From Owenia fusiformis (taxonomy: Eukaryota), in assembly GCA_903813345.2 (NCBI GenBank), contig CAIIXF020000001.1, positions 15,252,001 to 15,316,000 on the forward strand: a stretch of 64,000 bases of DNA. The letters run 5' to 3'. Positions 37,618-51,400 of this stretch are shown one piece after another. The notes below the pieces were generated by a model. It ran no database searches and was not told where the DNA came from. It saw only the letters and a list, made by a program, of their open reading frames with translations. Within the stretch, counting starts at the first letter, position 1. The number at the start of each line of letters is the position of its first letter. A program made the translations under genes and the position numbers.

Positions 37618-40600
37618 ATCTCTGATGGGTATTAGTAAGACTGGATTAAAAGATTATCCCGAAGTGGAGTGCAGATGAAGCTTTCTTTTAAAATCATACT
37701 ATAGGAAAGAGTATCGTCAGTTTGTTACCAGCATTACATGATAAATATTAGGAACAATCATTACATAATAAATATAAGAAACAATTAAACAATAACCCCT
37801 CACCTTCTGAGAACACAGCTTGTATACAAAATTGATAAATTCTTATTTTTATCCGGCAAAGTTCATAAAGTTACTTGAACAAATTAAAAAGAAGAAATTC
37901 GATTCCAGAGTCTTGGAGCCGTGCCAACTAATTATACTTTTAGATGTTCTTCCATTCACGATCTAAAGGATCACTATCTACAGTAGAATGTTTAAAGATT
38001 TGCAATGGAATTTGCATTGCCCATATAATAACCAGATGGAGAGTTTTAAAACGGGATTGAAACAATATTCCAAGACTTAAAAGCTCTTATATCTTCAATT
38101 ATTAAGATGTAACACCCCACTTATGACTTTTCAGCTGGTTACATAAATCTCACAAAATGGTGGCTCTATAATATCCAAAGGTGTGTTCCTGGGATTGCAA
38201 GTTGTAAAAGTGCTCTCGTGCTGGGTGGGGATTTGCTGTGTTATTAATTAATTAGTTGAGTTGATATAATCATCATCAACGCTGTTAGGATAAACACGTC
38301 AATAATATAATACTGATATTAATAATAAAATCACACACTGTGAGGTTCTGAAAGACTTACACCCTGAAGTTGTGATATATGATTCTTACACAATTAATGA
38401 GTTCTTTGGTCGTTACGTGCGGGAGAGTAAGATCAGACTTGTTATGAGTTGATGGCGTATTCGCCCTTGTGTTCAGAGGGCATAACACCGGTCTAACATG
38501 AAGGCCGACTGGTAAACAGAATCATTAAAACTAATAAAACGTTTATTACCTACCTACTGTATTAAATGGCAATGGTATTTCATTTTTAATGTGACCACTA
38601 AAAAGAATTAGGTTTGTTGATAGGAAAACGTTAACTTACATTATAGAGTCTTGCACTGTACTTCAGGTCTTACATCCAAGTTAACGCCTCGTTTTCGACA
38701 AACCGTCGTGCCAGAAATTTATTTCAGTTGCAGTGTTACCTCCAAAATTATAGAAAAACAATATTTTGGCATATAATCCAAATTGATAAAATCCTTAATT
38801 TGTGAATGTTTTTCTAGTCCCTGATTTAATAAGGAATGCTGAAGAACCCTTTTCGGGTGGCAGTGATTTGAAAAGTTGATTCCCAGACCTTCAGAGTGTT
38901 CGGTAGTATTCACAAACCAAGGTAACAAAATCGATGACGTAGACGAAAAGGCTCATAAATTCGCTTGGAACACCAGAACATAACAAGGTATAAAAATAGA
39001 AAGGTCATATAGTTTCTCCCGTTCGTGTTGATTTGCCGGCAAGATGTTTGCAAGGAAAATCTTGTAGACGGTTTCTTTGGCCAGGAAAACCGCATTAATT
39101 ACCAGAGCCAAAGCAACGGGTAGGGAGGCATAGTTGATTGAACATAGTGGGTTGCAGGAACAAGATAGACGGCACACCTGGAGGCATCGCAGACTGACTA
39201 TAAGAAAGCCTGAATAAAGCAACTTAAAAAGAAATTATCAATCCGTAGACAAAATACGTCAATAATTGTATATTTGATAAAGATAAGCATAAAATAACAC
39301 GCGTTCATTGAAGAACGTCTAAAATGCAAAATTTTGTTGATATCAATATTATGGCGATATTTGGCCTCAGTTTTTACATTTCTTGCAGTCTTACAAATGT
39401 CTGATGTGTTTGCCATATATGTGCATTCAAAGCCAACTACAGCTAACCAATTTGAAACCCGAGCATTCTGCCAGAATCAACCTGTGTTCAGAGTAAGCGG
39501 GACTCTATAGCAGAATCTATGATAATCTTACCTATACCTACTTCTACTTTTCAAACAATTTGAAGAAACAAAAAATGTATTGCCGATTCCCATTCTATTT
39601 TATACAAAAACAACCAGAGGCGAATTCAAAATTGATTTTACATTGTTTTCTTCATTGCAGCTCAAATTAATCAAATGATTGCTAAAGATGCGCTGATATT
39701 AATAGTTACCGCACCTGGGTTGTTAATATTGAATGCAAAGCTTCTTACGCATGTTTCGGATTCCAAGCCGTTAGAAAATCGAAATTTAGGCAGTGTTAAA
39801 AATGGAGAGCAACTTTTTAATTTCAAGATTTGAATTTAAATCATTAATTCTGACTTCTATCATATTCGGCACAGTTGACTGCTCCAAATAGCTCGCACCT
39901 TTATTCAGAGATACATAGAGTTTAACATTTCATGTGTTTGTATCATAGATCTTTTTATAGATGTACAGAGCCTATATAGGTTGAAAACATTCTTTTCTTC
40001 ATCATACAACTTGTACACTGTACATACTATTTGGGATGGCATTAGTACACAACACATTGGTTGCAATATTGGTTAATTTATTGGCCTTCTATCATGTCTA
40101 TACCTTGATTTATAAGGTTGCAGATGTTCCAGCCTCAGCAGTGTAGGAATAGCTTAGATGCCACTTGGACAAATTGGCCGATCTCGTTTAGATTTAATGG
40201 TTTAGATTACAATGGCAGGGTAGAACACCTATTTTAAGCACAACCAGCTTTCAAGCTTTACGATTTGTGTGATTGAACAGTTGGTGTGTTGTTTATTACA
40301 TATTGGTGTGTCATATTCATATATAATAATAATAATATAATGTCAATATTCATATTGGTGTATATGAAGTTTGTGTGTCATTTATAAATAGGATATTCGA
40401 TGTCTCAGTGACAGGCTGAGTTATGTTTGGTGTGTTATTTATCGGTTGTATTGCTTGATGTGTCAGTTATTGGATATAAGGCGTTTCGTTTATTGGTGTG
40501 TCATTTCTGTTGCGGTTTCGTGTATTGTTTAGTATATCTGTTTAGTGTATTGTGTATTTGATATTTGGTGTGTCGCCTCATTTGTCACTAGTTTTCAATG

Positions 40601-40934
40601 ATTCACTGTACTTTTTCGATTTACAGTCTTAACTATGCAGTAACGGGAGCTTTGAGCTTTTCATGATGGTCCGCTCATTGGCATTCCGGCGAAAAGTTTC
40701 GACCCTAAATGTGTTATTAAGATAATCCGAGAGTAAAACTCAACATGAAAACAAAATTGACAATTCCTGTTCATAATGGAATCCTCAGATACCTTACTTT
40801 ACATGGTATCATGACGTAGCCTAGGTATCATGATAAAATGTTTGAAAGTGAGCAAAGCATATATCACTACATACAGGTTCTTGCAGGATTGATTTATCAA
40901 TATAGCTAATAGAGAAAAGTTGCAAAAGATGCAA

Positions 40935-41465
40935 GTTGCACGTTCACACCGGAATAGCCTGACAACGGTAGAGTCAGATACCGTTGTCACAAATGGCGGA
41001 CACAACCGTCGTTTCGACTCTTCAATCACTTGGTCCTCGATTCATGGGACTTTATCGTCGCTAATTCTGTGCACATATTTAGCTCTTGTGATAATGTATC
41101 ATATGAAATCCCAATTTCTATCAAATTGGGCCGTGAATCGCCACAATATATAGCTTCTTCGATATCGTCAATGACAACGGAATCTGAATTTCAAATAATT
41201 TACAAAAACAACGGCATATGGCAATACAGTGTCCGTTGTCCCGTATCTCATTTTGATAGGTTAAATTAAAGACTTTTTTCGATGGTAGAACATTATTAAC
41301 TAACTACAGTATAAAGACACTTTGATTGTTGTTCCAAAGGAATTTAGTCTAGGTGCTCTATCAAACATACAGTTCATGAAAATCTAATTGAAGCGACGGT
41401 TATGTCCGCCATTTGTGACAACGGTATGTGACTTTACCGTTGTCAGGCTATTCCGGTGCGACGTT
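40935..41465. mobile_element. MITE with ~75-bp terminal inverted repeats
   Basis: caccggaatagcctgacaacggta...tggcggaca (40947-41020) versus its reverse complement at ~41389-41458. Confidence 0.75.
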
Positions 41466-42029
41466 GTGAAGAAGGAGGAACGAGGATTCTGTAATCCAGT
41501 GTGTGGCGTTCGAAGGATGACGTTGACATGGATTGAAGACATTTAGCGAACCAACGTGTTTTAAATAGCAACGTATTCACATTGATTAAATAAATACTGA
41601 GAATTATAGAGACGTCACTCATCAACATGTATATTCTTATGTACAGAGTGTATGTATACCGATTTTTGATAAAGTAGTATTCTTTTGAAAGGATTTTTCT
41701 CATAGACCTATTATACAGATATGTTTTGCGTGGTGTTAGCTTATTAATACCATCATTTGCAAGTACAGTAAATGTATCCCTTATTCGACTTAGTTCTGGT
41801 GCCTACAATCGCCCAAATATATTTATTTTGCAAGGGAGCCTTGCATTATACTTATGTTGATGAAGAAGTGTGAAGGGCAGTTATATTTTCCTCGTTACCT
41901 ATAGTATCCAAGAAGTGTAAGCTTAATAAACCAGATAACATACCGAATCTTTACCTTTTCTTTTGGGGACAGCGTAATCGGGCGTCGATCGACAAACGCA
42001 TCCTCCCTCCCCTTCCCCAACACATGCAC

Positions 42030-42803
42030 TCTATGGAGACAGAGCCTGTGAGAAATATTGGGTGCGGAATGAATGAGCGGATGGTGCGGATTTAACTTTA
42101 ATTTTTGACATTTCTGAAACTCAGCAATTTTTGGTCCTCAAATATATCCATATGTGTGAAGTTGACACCTAATATCAAAAATATTGTGAAAATAGTGATG
42201 TATTGCATTCTGTAGCGACGGACTATGCATTATACCTTTTTTGGCACAAATATGAACGTATTTCCTAGTATGTATAGAAGTTCGCAGTTGACGTGGCCCA
42301 AGCACTCCGGTCCCACAACACAAATAATCTTATCTTATCTTAAATAATATCATCGAAGGATAAAGTGTTTTATGTTTATTGAGCTTTTCCACAACAAATA
42401 TTTAGAGGGGGCTCATATCTGATGAAAATTTCCTGTTTTTTATAAAATCTCAGGGAAACAGTCTGGCTTCCAAGATGCAAAAATAATTTGTATGTATAGT
42501 GTATCTTGAACAACATTTACATGAATGCTGGGGACGCTGTTTCAAAATATATAATGTCTGGGAAAGGTTCAATGCATATTGCTCCGCTATAGAATGAATT
42601 ACACTATACTAGTACTATTATCACAATTTTATTGATATTATATATATAGGTGTCAACCTCACACATGGATATATCTGAAGACCAAAAATTGCTTAATTTC
42701 AGAAATATCGCAAATTCAAATATGATAGTACATGTAGTTAAATCGGCACCATCCGCACATTCGTGCCGCACCCAATATTTCCCACATGCTCCGTCTGCAT
42801 AGG
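42030..42803. mobile_element. MITE with ~70-bp terminal inverted repeats
   Basis: gaaatattgggtgcgg...gcggatggtgcggatttaact versus agttaaatcggcaccatccgc...ccgcacccaatatttc. Confidence 0.7.
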
Positions 42804-42915
42804 GTGGGTTGCAACACTTGTCATATAAGTATTTAAAACAATAAGTCACTCAATTTATCATTCTTCAATACACCCAAGTGAAATGGTCTTGATTTTCATT
42901 AATATTCAATACTTA

Positions 42916-43724
42916 ACCCCCCTATCACACCAAACTCGTTCTTACCCGTTCTTGCCAGTCCTACGAAAACGTCGTAAAACGGGCTCAATCTGGCTGTGGT
43001 CGGGAAATATGTCTGAAATAATTAGCTTCTTCGTTCTTAAACAGTCTTCAATACGTCCATCTCGTTCGCAGTTCGTTCAAGTCGCATCACGACGGTGTGC
43101 AACGCCGTAGAACGCGTCCCTTAGTCTAGAAGGTCATCATGACCTGATAACAGAACGGTATGGTCGCAATCGAATTTTGAATCGATTCAAAATTCTAAAA
43201 TCACATTCCCGTCTGAGAACGTTCATGAAGTTCGTAAATAGACCTTAGAAAGTTGCAGGTACGTTCATTCCGTTCGCACACAGTTTAAAACCAGTTTTGA
43301 AGAACGCAGGGGCAACTTGTTTGGTGTGATAGCTATATTTTTGCTAACTCGTTCATAAGCAGTGTTAAATACGTTCTTAATCAGTTTAAACCCGTTTGCA
43401 ATGAGTTCTACCTCGTTCTCAACACGTCCTCGGACAGTTCAACTCGTTGTTAAAACGTCCCTAGTAGGATTGAAGTACGACGGTTCCGTTCGTAGTACGT
43501 CCCGCTCGTCGTTAGTACGTTGTCACTCGTTCTAATTGTAGAACGTGACGACCACGAGAACATTTTGAGCATTGTCTAAGTTCTAGAGGACCTACCCGTT
43601 CGAGTACGTTCGATGAAGTTTCTAAATGGATCCCAAACGGTTCTTAGTACGTCCAGTCCGTTCGTACACAGTTGAAGCCCGTTTTCGAGAACGTAGTGAG
43701 AACTAGTTTGGTGTGATAGTAGGG
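42916..43724. mobile_element. ~810-bp MITE (PIF/Harbinger-like), complete copy
   Basis: TIRs ccctatcacaccaaactcgttct / agaactagtttggtgtgatagtaggg flanked by TTA; a second copy lies at 51175-51930. Confidence 0.8.
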
Positions 43725-45333
43725 TTATCAAACATATCATATTTATAATCTAAATATAAAATTACATTCTAGAGGTTTAAAAATTGTTTATCAACTTGTG
43801 ATTTTTAAATCGGGTAGATCCCCCATAGAACCCATGTTTTAAAATCACGAAACGTGATACATTTTTTCTTGTACTTGTGTTCAGTAATTGGACGAAAAAT
43901 AGTTTCTTTTACGGGACATATTTTTACACAATGATCAAACTGAAAAGGTAATATGAATATTGCTCCATAAATCTAATGAATATTGATGTCTAGAGGAACT
44001 TTGTAATATAATTACGATCATCGTTGTAATACCTTATTCACATTTGATCTACGGCAACCGTACGGCGGTCGTAGCTTCCCAAAATCGAGAGAAATATGCA
44101 AAATGAAGTATTACGATGTTGAATTTCTATATCGATTTTGTGAGGCTTAAGCCGCCGTACGTATGGCGAAGAGCAAATGTCACAGAGGCTTAACATGAAC
44201 ATTATCGTAGCCTGAGCGCAGAGGTTACCTGAAGGTATACAATACGAAGCTCTCTTTTAAGAAGCGAAGTCGAGCCAATGGAACAGGTAATATTATCGTG
44301 ATCAATCCATTTATTTTCCTCATGCTGGTTCCATTATGTCGTGATGGTTACTTGTATATCCCTGACATAGGAATAACATTATCAACACTAATCACGTTTT
44401 GACACATTATACTTTATCACTTATATTTCAGTGATAAAATTTTAATCAATTATGACTAATTGAATTCGTGAATTCAGGAAATGAGCTTTAGAATATTCCT
44501 GCTAGGAATCAGATTACACAATTAAAACATGACTTGTTACACTGGGATACAGGACATGTAGTACTAGTTACATTTTTTGTAATAGATGCTACTAAAGTTC
44601 ATTTGGCTGTTTCATTGCATTTGTAAAACCTAGAAAATAAGGAATCAAGACTTTAGTGCCATAATCATTATATGGAAAAATATGGTCATATTGTACACAT
44701 GTGACATTTGTAAACATGTATCTAAGCTAGATTGCTTGTAATTTGACTTATAAAATATGTGGCCTCTCATATTTTGATGCTTCTTGGTCATGTTATTTCC
44801 TAAATTTTAACATGGCAGACAGTGCTTAAATTACAGACTTGTTGCACAAAAAAAACTAAATAATCTGAATGATTTTACATAAAGACACCAGTGCATTCAC
44901 TTTATCATCTGTCTAGAAGAGTGTTTTATAGACCCTTTTATTGTGCTCATTATTTCTAATCGCATTGTGAGATATAGTAAACCAAAACAGGAAAGCTGTA
45001 ATTAGTTAACAGTTTTTATTCATTCCTATTTCTTTATTTACACATTTCAAATGTTAAGTAGAACAAAATGTGTTCACCAAATAAATGTTTTACTACACTG
45101 TGTACACACAACAATCGAAAATCAAACTTACAATACTAGTATACTTCACAGTTTCTGTGTTTGTAATCAAATTACTTTGGCAAATATAGATGTCATAATG
45201 TCTCTCAACAAGTTTTAAAGCACATTGTGCTTAGACTCAGTGTCACAGTTGCTATTTAAACCATAGTTCAAATCATCAATCACTAGATTAATAATCAAAT
45301 CTGCTAATCATTCAATGCCTAAGATGAATTTTT

Positions 45334-45408
45334 TTAATCTGTGTCTGATCCTTTCTTTTCTAGAGACTTCAACTTGCCAAGTTTCTCCTTATGGCGGGCA
45401 ATGGCTTC
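45334..45408 (-). CDS. ATPIF1: ATPIF1 last exon
   Basis: ttccag acceptor; EAIARHKEKLGKLKSLEKKGSDTD*. AATAAA candidates at ~45015-45038. Confidence 0.88.
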   Translation of the reverse strand, partial: EAIARHKEKLGKLKSLEKKGSDTD

Positions 45409-48400
45409 CTGGAAGTAAAGATTTAAATGTACATACAATTATGCAAGTAGTCGCTATTATACATACAAATAAGCCCCTTATTCGACATACAAACAAGACC
45501 CTTATTTTATTAGGAATCAAATACTGGATAATTCAATGTACACATTATTTCTGGTGTCTATTATAACTAATATTTCTCTCCAGATTATATCAATAAAAGT
45601 GTAAAGCAGGACTTAAATTTACACACAATGAAGCTAGCCATGCAAGGTTGCAAAATGTGCAGATAATATGACTTAAAAATGTGACTTTTAACTTAAAATG
45701 TTTACAACTGATTTTAAAGTGAACTTTCTCAATTTTTCAGGTGTTTTGGAAGCGTCTCACAAAAATTGGAAGCTCCGCCACCATTGTAGCAAAGTACCTG
45801 ATGTCTTTGAATTTCCGTTTCATGGTTATCTACTTCTTCTTTGTGGTGGTCATGCAATGCTTTAAGCTGCTCTTGTTGCTAAAACACACATTACATGCAG
45901 AAAATCTGCAGTTAATAAGCTTCTACTTCAAGCTAAGCAATCAATGTAGTGGATATCATGGATAAACAGCAAATTAAGATATCTACATCAATAAAGATAC
46001 AGGTTACATCATGCGACAGAAAGGCTCTACATGCAAAATTAACTAGATAACAGCAACACCAAGGTGTAGCAAATCCCACCGAACATATATGGCTGCTATT
46101 TTTGAAAATGGCCACATATTAGCCAAATTGTCACTAGACAGTTGTAATATGTAATGCTTCTAAGTATTCACAAATGAAATATCAACAAAACTACTCAACT
46201 ACTTTTCCAGTTTAAGCAAAATGTAAAATAGCTCTTTAACACATAACAAAATTATTGCGATTAGCCACATGACATAAAAAGTGTCGCTCCACTACTTTTT
46301 AAAATGGCCACTCACAATCCAAATTTTTAGACCGTGTGTCATGCTATTGCTTATGAGTATTCACATATCAAAATATTGTAACATTGAAACTAAAATGGTG
46401 GCCACGTGGGGATGGATGAAACTGTTCTCAATGTATATCCCCACAAACTTTGTTCGGTGGGATAACAAGTACAAAGAAGTCAGCCTCAAGGCATCCTCCA
46501 AGTAAGACATAAGACAATATTAGCTAAGCAGAAATCTAGGCACACGATTCAGCTAGCTGCTCTGTGGGGTTGCTGCAACAAAGGCTAAGCATATGCACAG
46601 TAGAGAACCTCCCAGCTTATTCACATAGAGGTATTAGTGCACAAACAATTGACCAAACAACATGGGAGACTTATATAATCTCGGATTGTTTCTTCACTGT
46701 CTAATTAGCTTCAGGACCCCTATAGATGATGCTTTGTTGCAGACAGATTGTTTGCCAAGTAATGAAGTGTTTACGGCAGCAGAGTGTTGCAACATCTGAG
46801 ATTACTCAATCCCATTGTTGTGCGGTCTGATCACATTCTAACATGACTCAGCTATTAGCCTAATTAAACTGGCCCTTTAAGGATACTGCCACAATAACAC
46901 ATATCATGTGATTGAAAAAATATATTCAGGACAATAAATTTTTTGATAGATTCATAATCAAATAAAGTGGAATATTTACTATAATACAATCTATGCACTC
47001 TGCTTAAAATCAATGTACATATAAGTAATAGTAGTTTTCCCAAAATGAAAGTAAACATCTTTAATGTGGAGGATTAATAATGCCTAGGAGTCATGATAGA
47101 ATGTGAAAATAAATTAACTAGAAATAATTAGGAAGCATTGTTGTTGTGTCTCCATGTGAGCCAGTAGACTGTTTCTACCTCATGATGCTTGATGAGTTCC
47201 TGGTGGGACTGGATCTCAGTTATATGTTCCTTTTTTAAAGACTTCAGTTGTTCAGTTTGCTGTCCAAGTGAGAAATAAAGAAAATTATTTATAAAGATGG
47301 CACCACGATTCAGTAGACAAGAAATGTAGGCCAACAACGGAGGACTGTGTTCCAGGTGTATTATGCTCCTTTTTTAAAAATTTTGCTTGTTCAGTATGCT
47401 GTCCAAGTGAGAAATAAAGAAAATCATTTATAAAGATGGCACCACGATTCAGTAGACAAGAAATGTAGGCCAACGACGGAGGACTGACTCCAAGTATTCT
47501 AGAAATATGTTCTTTTCTTAATAAAGACTTCAGTTGTACAGTTTCAGGCCTTGCTATCCAAGTGAAAAATATTAAAAATTATTTATAAAGATCATTCATA
47601 AGAAAATAAATCTAGTTCCAGTGAAGGAGGATTGGCTCCCAGTATTCCATCTCGATATTCTGCCATATATGGAGTCATGTAGTGATAAAAAAATTCAAAA
47701 TTAAACAACCGCCATTTTTTCACTTCAGAATTTGGATCCACAGTTTTGAACTCATTTCAAAACACACAAAATCAAAGTGATCAAGATATTAGTTTAAATC
47801 TTTTGGATTGCTACTTTGATTTAACAGCCAGTTATAACACGACTTTTTCATTGTCCCTATCGCTAGAATATCACTCATTCTCTTTGCAGCCGGAGAAAAA
47901 TGCAGGCACAATCAGCACTGAGCAAATTGCTTGGAGAGTTAGAACCCTGGGAGCCAATCCTCCTTGAGGTACAGTGCGGTATTTAGTATTCTGGATTTTC
48001 ATGATGTTTACTGCCTAAGGAAGATAGTTGCAAACAAGTTGTTTGTTTACGTTAACTAAGTAATAACGTCGATAATTGTATAGGCTAATGTTTTAACAAT
48101 CTTTGAGTTATACAAATAGGAAAGTTACCCATGTTCAGATTAACATAGTTTTAGTGGCAAATATGACATAATATGTAAGAAAGTAACAACTGTTATCAAA
48201 TTTTTTGATAGCGTTTTGCAATTAAAGCTGCAACAAAGACTGGAGACTGTAAATAAGCCAAGGTACAGGAAAAGGGGTCTGCTATCACAATTTTTTTCAA
48301 TATTTGAAGAGACCTTTCAAATGAGCATGGCTTATGTCTTAACAATTTTCCTTGCAGATATAGATCAAAAAACAGATTTGAATTTAGCACATTTTCCTCT

Positions 48401-51400
48401 TAATCTTGGGCACTTCTTTGGCTGACCTGCAGCACAATTTTTATTTTTGTGATAAGACGGGTTTACCTGTGTTGAGGCTCAAATATTGAAGGCAATCTTT
48501 TCAGAATAACATGCCAATGTTTCCCTTACGATCTTAATTTTCTAAACTGAAATGTTTTCTGATCAAATCTAAATGAATTTTGAAGATTTAAGTTGCAGAG
48601 CTGTCCAATTTATAAGAATTGAAAAAGTCTTCTTTAATTTGTACCAAATAAACCTTAAAGTTAAATGAAATCCTGAAAAATAAACAGAACTGTTGGACAA
48701 GCAAGAAATATTATGAAATTGTATTAGTTTGTCTCTAGTTTTTGTTGCACCTTTAAGGGTCAGGATGTTTTCACATTTCATCGTGATATGCATATTTTGT
48801 ATATTGTATGTAACATGTACAAGATACTTTCCAAAATGTCATAACTATTTGCTGAAGTTTTGTTTGCTTATTTTTATGTCAGAATGTCAGATTTCTATAA
48901 ATATATATATATACAAAGAGTACAGTAACGTGGAAATGTACATATACTGTATTAATGTCAAATGCATACCATTTTTCTAAAGTATTGTTCTTCATGAGCA
49001 GCCTCCATTTTGCCAAAGGAACCACCAGCCTCTCTAAAAATGCAACAAAATATTTACTTTTTATTCTCATGCAGCAAATATGTTCTAAGTACACTCAAAT
49101 ACATTGAAGTCAACTTAGTGATGGTGTCCAAATGTCAACAGTGGTAGAAAATGAAAATAAATCCCTCGCCCCTTTCACCATATAAGATGTTGATTTGCCT
49201 TTCACCTGATTTTTCAAAAATAACTTTATTAATGAAATCATCATAGTCCAACTGTCAGCATTTGGAGAAAACCCCCTACCTTTTAAATAAAGTTTGAAGC
49301 AATTATAAGACGCAAAATAATTCATTTCAAAGTTGATTTTTACTAATTCACATATTAAGGGAACTATCATTCAATGAACTATTCATTTATTGTTCATAGA
49401 TATCTATATTTACCTTACAGATCCTCCACTACCTCCACCCTTTCCAGCTCCACTGCCATACTCCCCACTCATAGCACGGATGCCGAATCTAAAATCAACG
49501 CAACACAGCATTTTTAAACTTCATACTTGTAGCTCATAAGCCATGCAGTAAAAACTTGTTGGAATGGCACATGTACTTGAGTGTGAGTGAGGTTAATACC
49601 TCTTACTCTACAAGAGATTATGCAACACTTCAATTCTATTTCATTATATTACAATACAATTTAAGCTTCTAGACTCCCAAGAAGCATAAGCTGTAGTGTG
49701 ATGTCATATCTATACTCTATAGTTCAAAATAATCACTAAAAATAGGCTGCATTTCACTGGAAAGTATTTTAAAGTGCAGTATATTTATGATTTAGTAATA
49801 ACAAAGTAAATAGTTGGCATACACAATGCATATAACTGTACATTCCTGCTAAAGTATCCACACGCAAGTCAACCATTTGCCAATAAAAAACAAGAATTAT
49901 GAGAAAAAATATAGATTACAATCTACAGGGTGGGCCAAAAACCATCATTTTTAAAAAAACATGTATATGTATTTTAAACAACAAATGAAAGGATAGATTC
50001 CTAAAAAATAGAGAAATGAGGTTTATAAAATGAGAAAGGATCAGAATTGAACCAGTCAGTACTGTGAACCATCAATAGGATATTAAGTTATAAAGATAGG
50101 ATATTAAGTTATAAAGCTTAATTTCTTTAAATATGAAAGCTTGACAAAAATTGCTAATGTGGTTCTGTCTTACAATTGTTTGGTAAGGAAACATCTGTTC
50201 AAATATGGTACTAATAGTTCAGAGGTTTAGGATTTAAGAATAGGCATATACACATGCTGTATGTCTAAATCCATAAGACTTGAAAAGGGGACAATATATT
50301 TAATAATCCTTTTCATAGATCAAAAATCAAAGGATAAGTAACCCTTATTATGTGTTAAAAATATTTTGACAAGCTTAAAGAACAGGTCCATTTAACAGAC
50401 TATTGGTCTACTTAGACTTTTTCTGAAAAACTCATTCTTCCATTTATTTTTAAAACCGATTACAAGTTGTAGATAAACCTTTGTTCTTGAGATGTGCAAT
50501 TGCAAAAAGTGGCATAAGTTTTCCGTTTCTTTGAAAAATTGGCAGTAAGAACCCCTATCACAAGGCTGTCTGAATATGGGTACACACTATGTTTATCATC
50601 AAAATAATTTCAAAACTTATCATTATATAGAATTTAATATATGGAACATATGGCATACAAGTATTCGGAGAAGAAAATTGATAAAATCAAGCTATGTATG
50701 TAGTTCAACTATTCAAATCTAGAAATCATTGTCATTTTTTGTTCACTTTGTTATTAAGTTTTAGCATGGTGCTTATTCCCTTTCATTGAAAAGTTAACTG
50801 TCAGCCCACACTCCCACAAAAAAATATTGAAACTGTATAATGCAGAGACTGTAAAGTAGCTTCTCTGCAAATATCATTTTTGTGGGAATGTGGGCTCACC
50901 ACTAAAACTTAACTTTTGTGATGAAAATAAGCCTGACTCGTATATGTTTTCATTATGGCTGCTAACCTGGGCATACATGTACACTACATAACTGCATGTA
51001 CAGATTAGGCCATCCAAAATTAATTATATGTTGGCATTCTGATGAAGAGCCTTATATTAAAAACTACAAAATCTTCATTTATTTAAAGGGTTTTATATAT
51101 TATTAATAGTGAAAATGCAATAACACATTGTGGCAAAGCAAGTAACACACCTCTTGAGTTCAGATGACTTTGTTACCCCCCTATCACACCAAACTAGTTC
51201 TTACCCATTCTTGCCAGTCCTACGAAAACGTCGTAAAACGGGCTCAATCTGGCTGAGGTCGGGAAATATGTCTAAAATAATTAGCTACTACGTTCATAAA
51301 CAGTCTTCAATACGTCCATCTCATTCGCAGTTCATTCAGGTCACACCACGTCAGTGTGCAACGTCGTGTAACGCGTCCCTTAGTCTAGAAGGTCATCATG

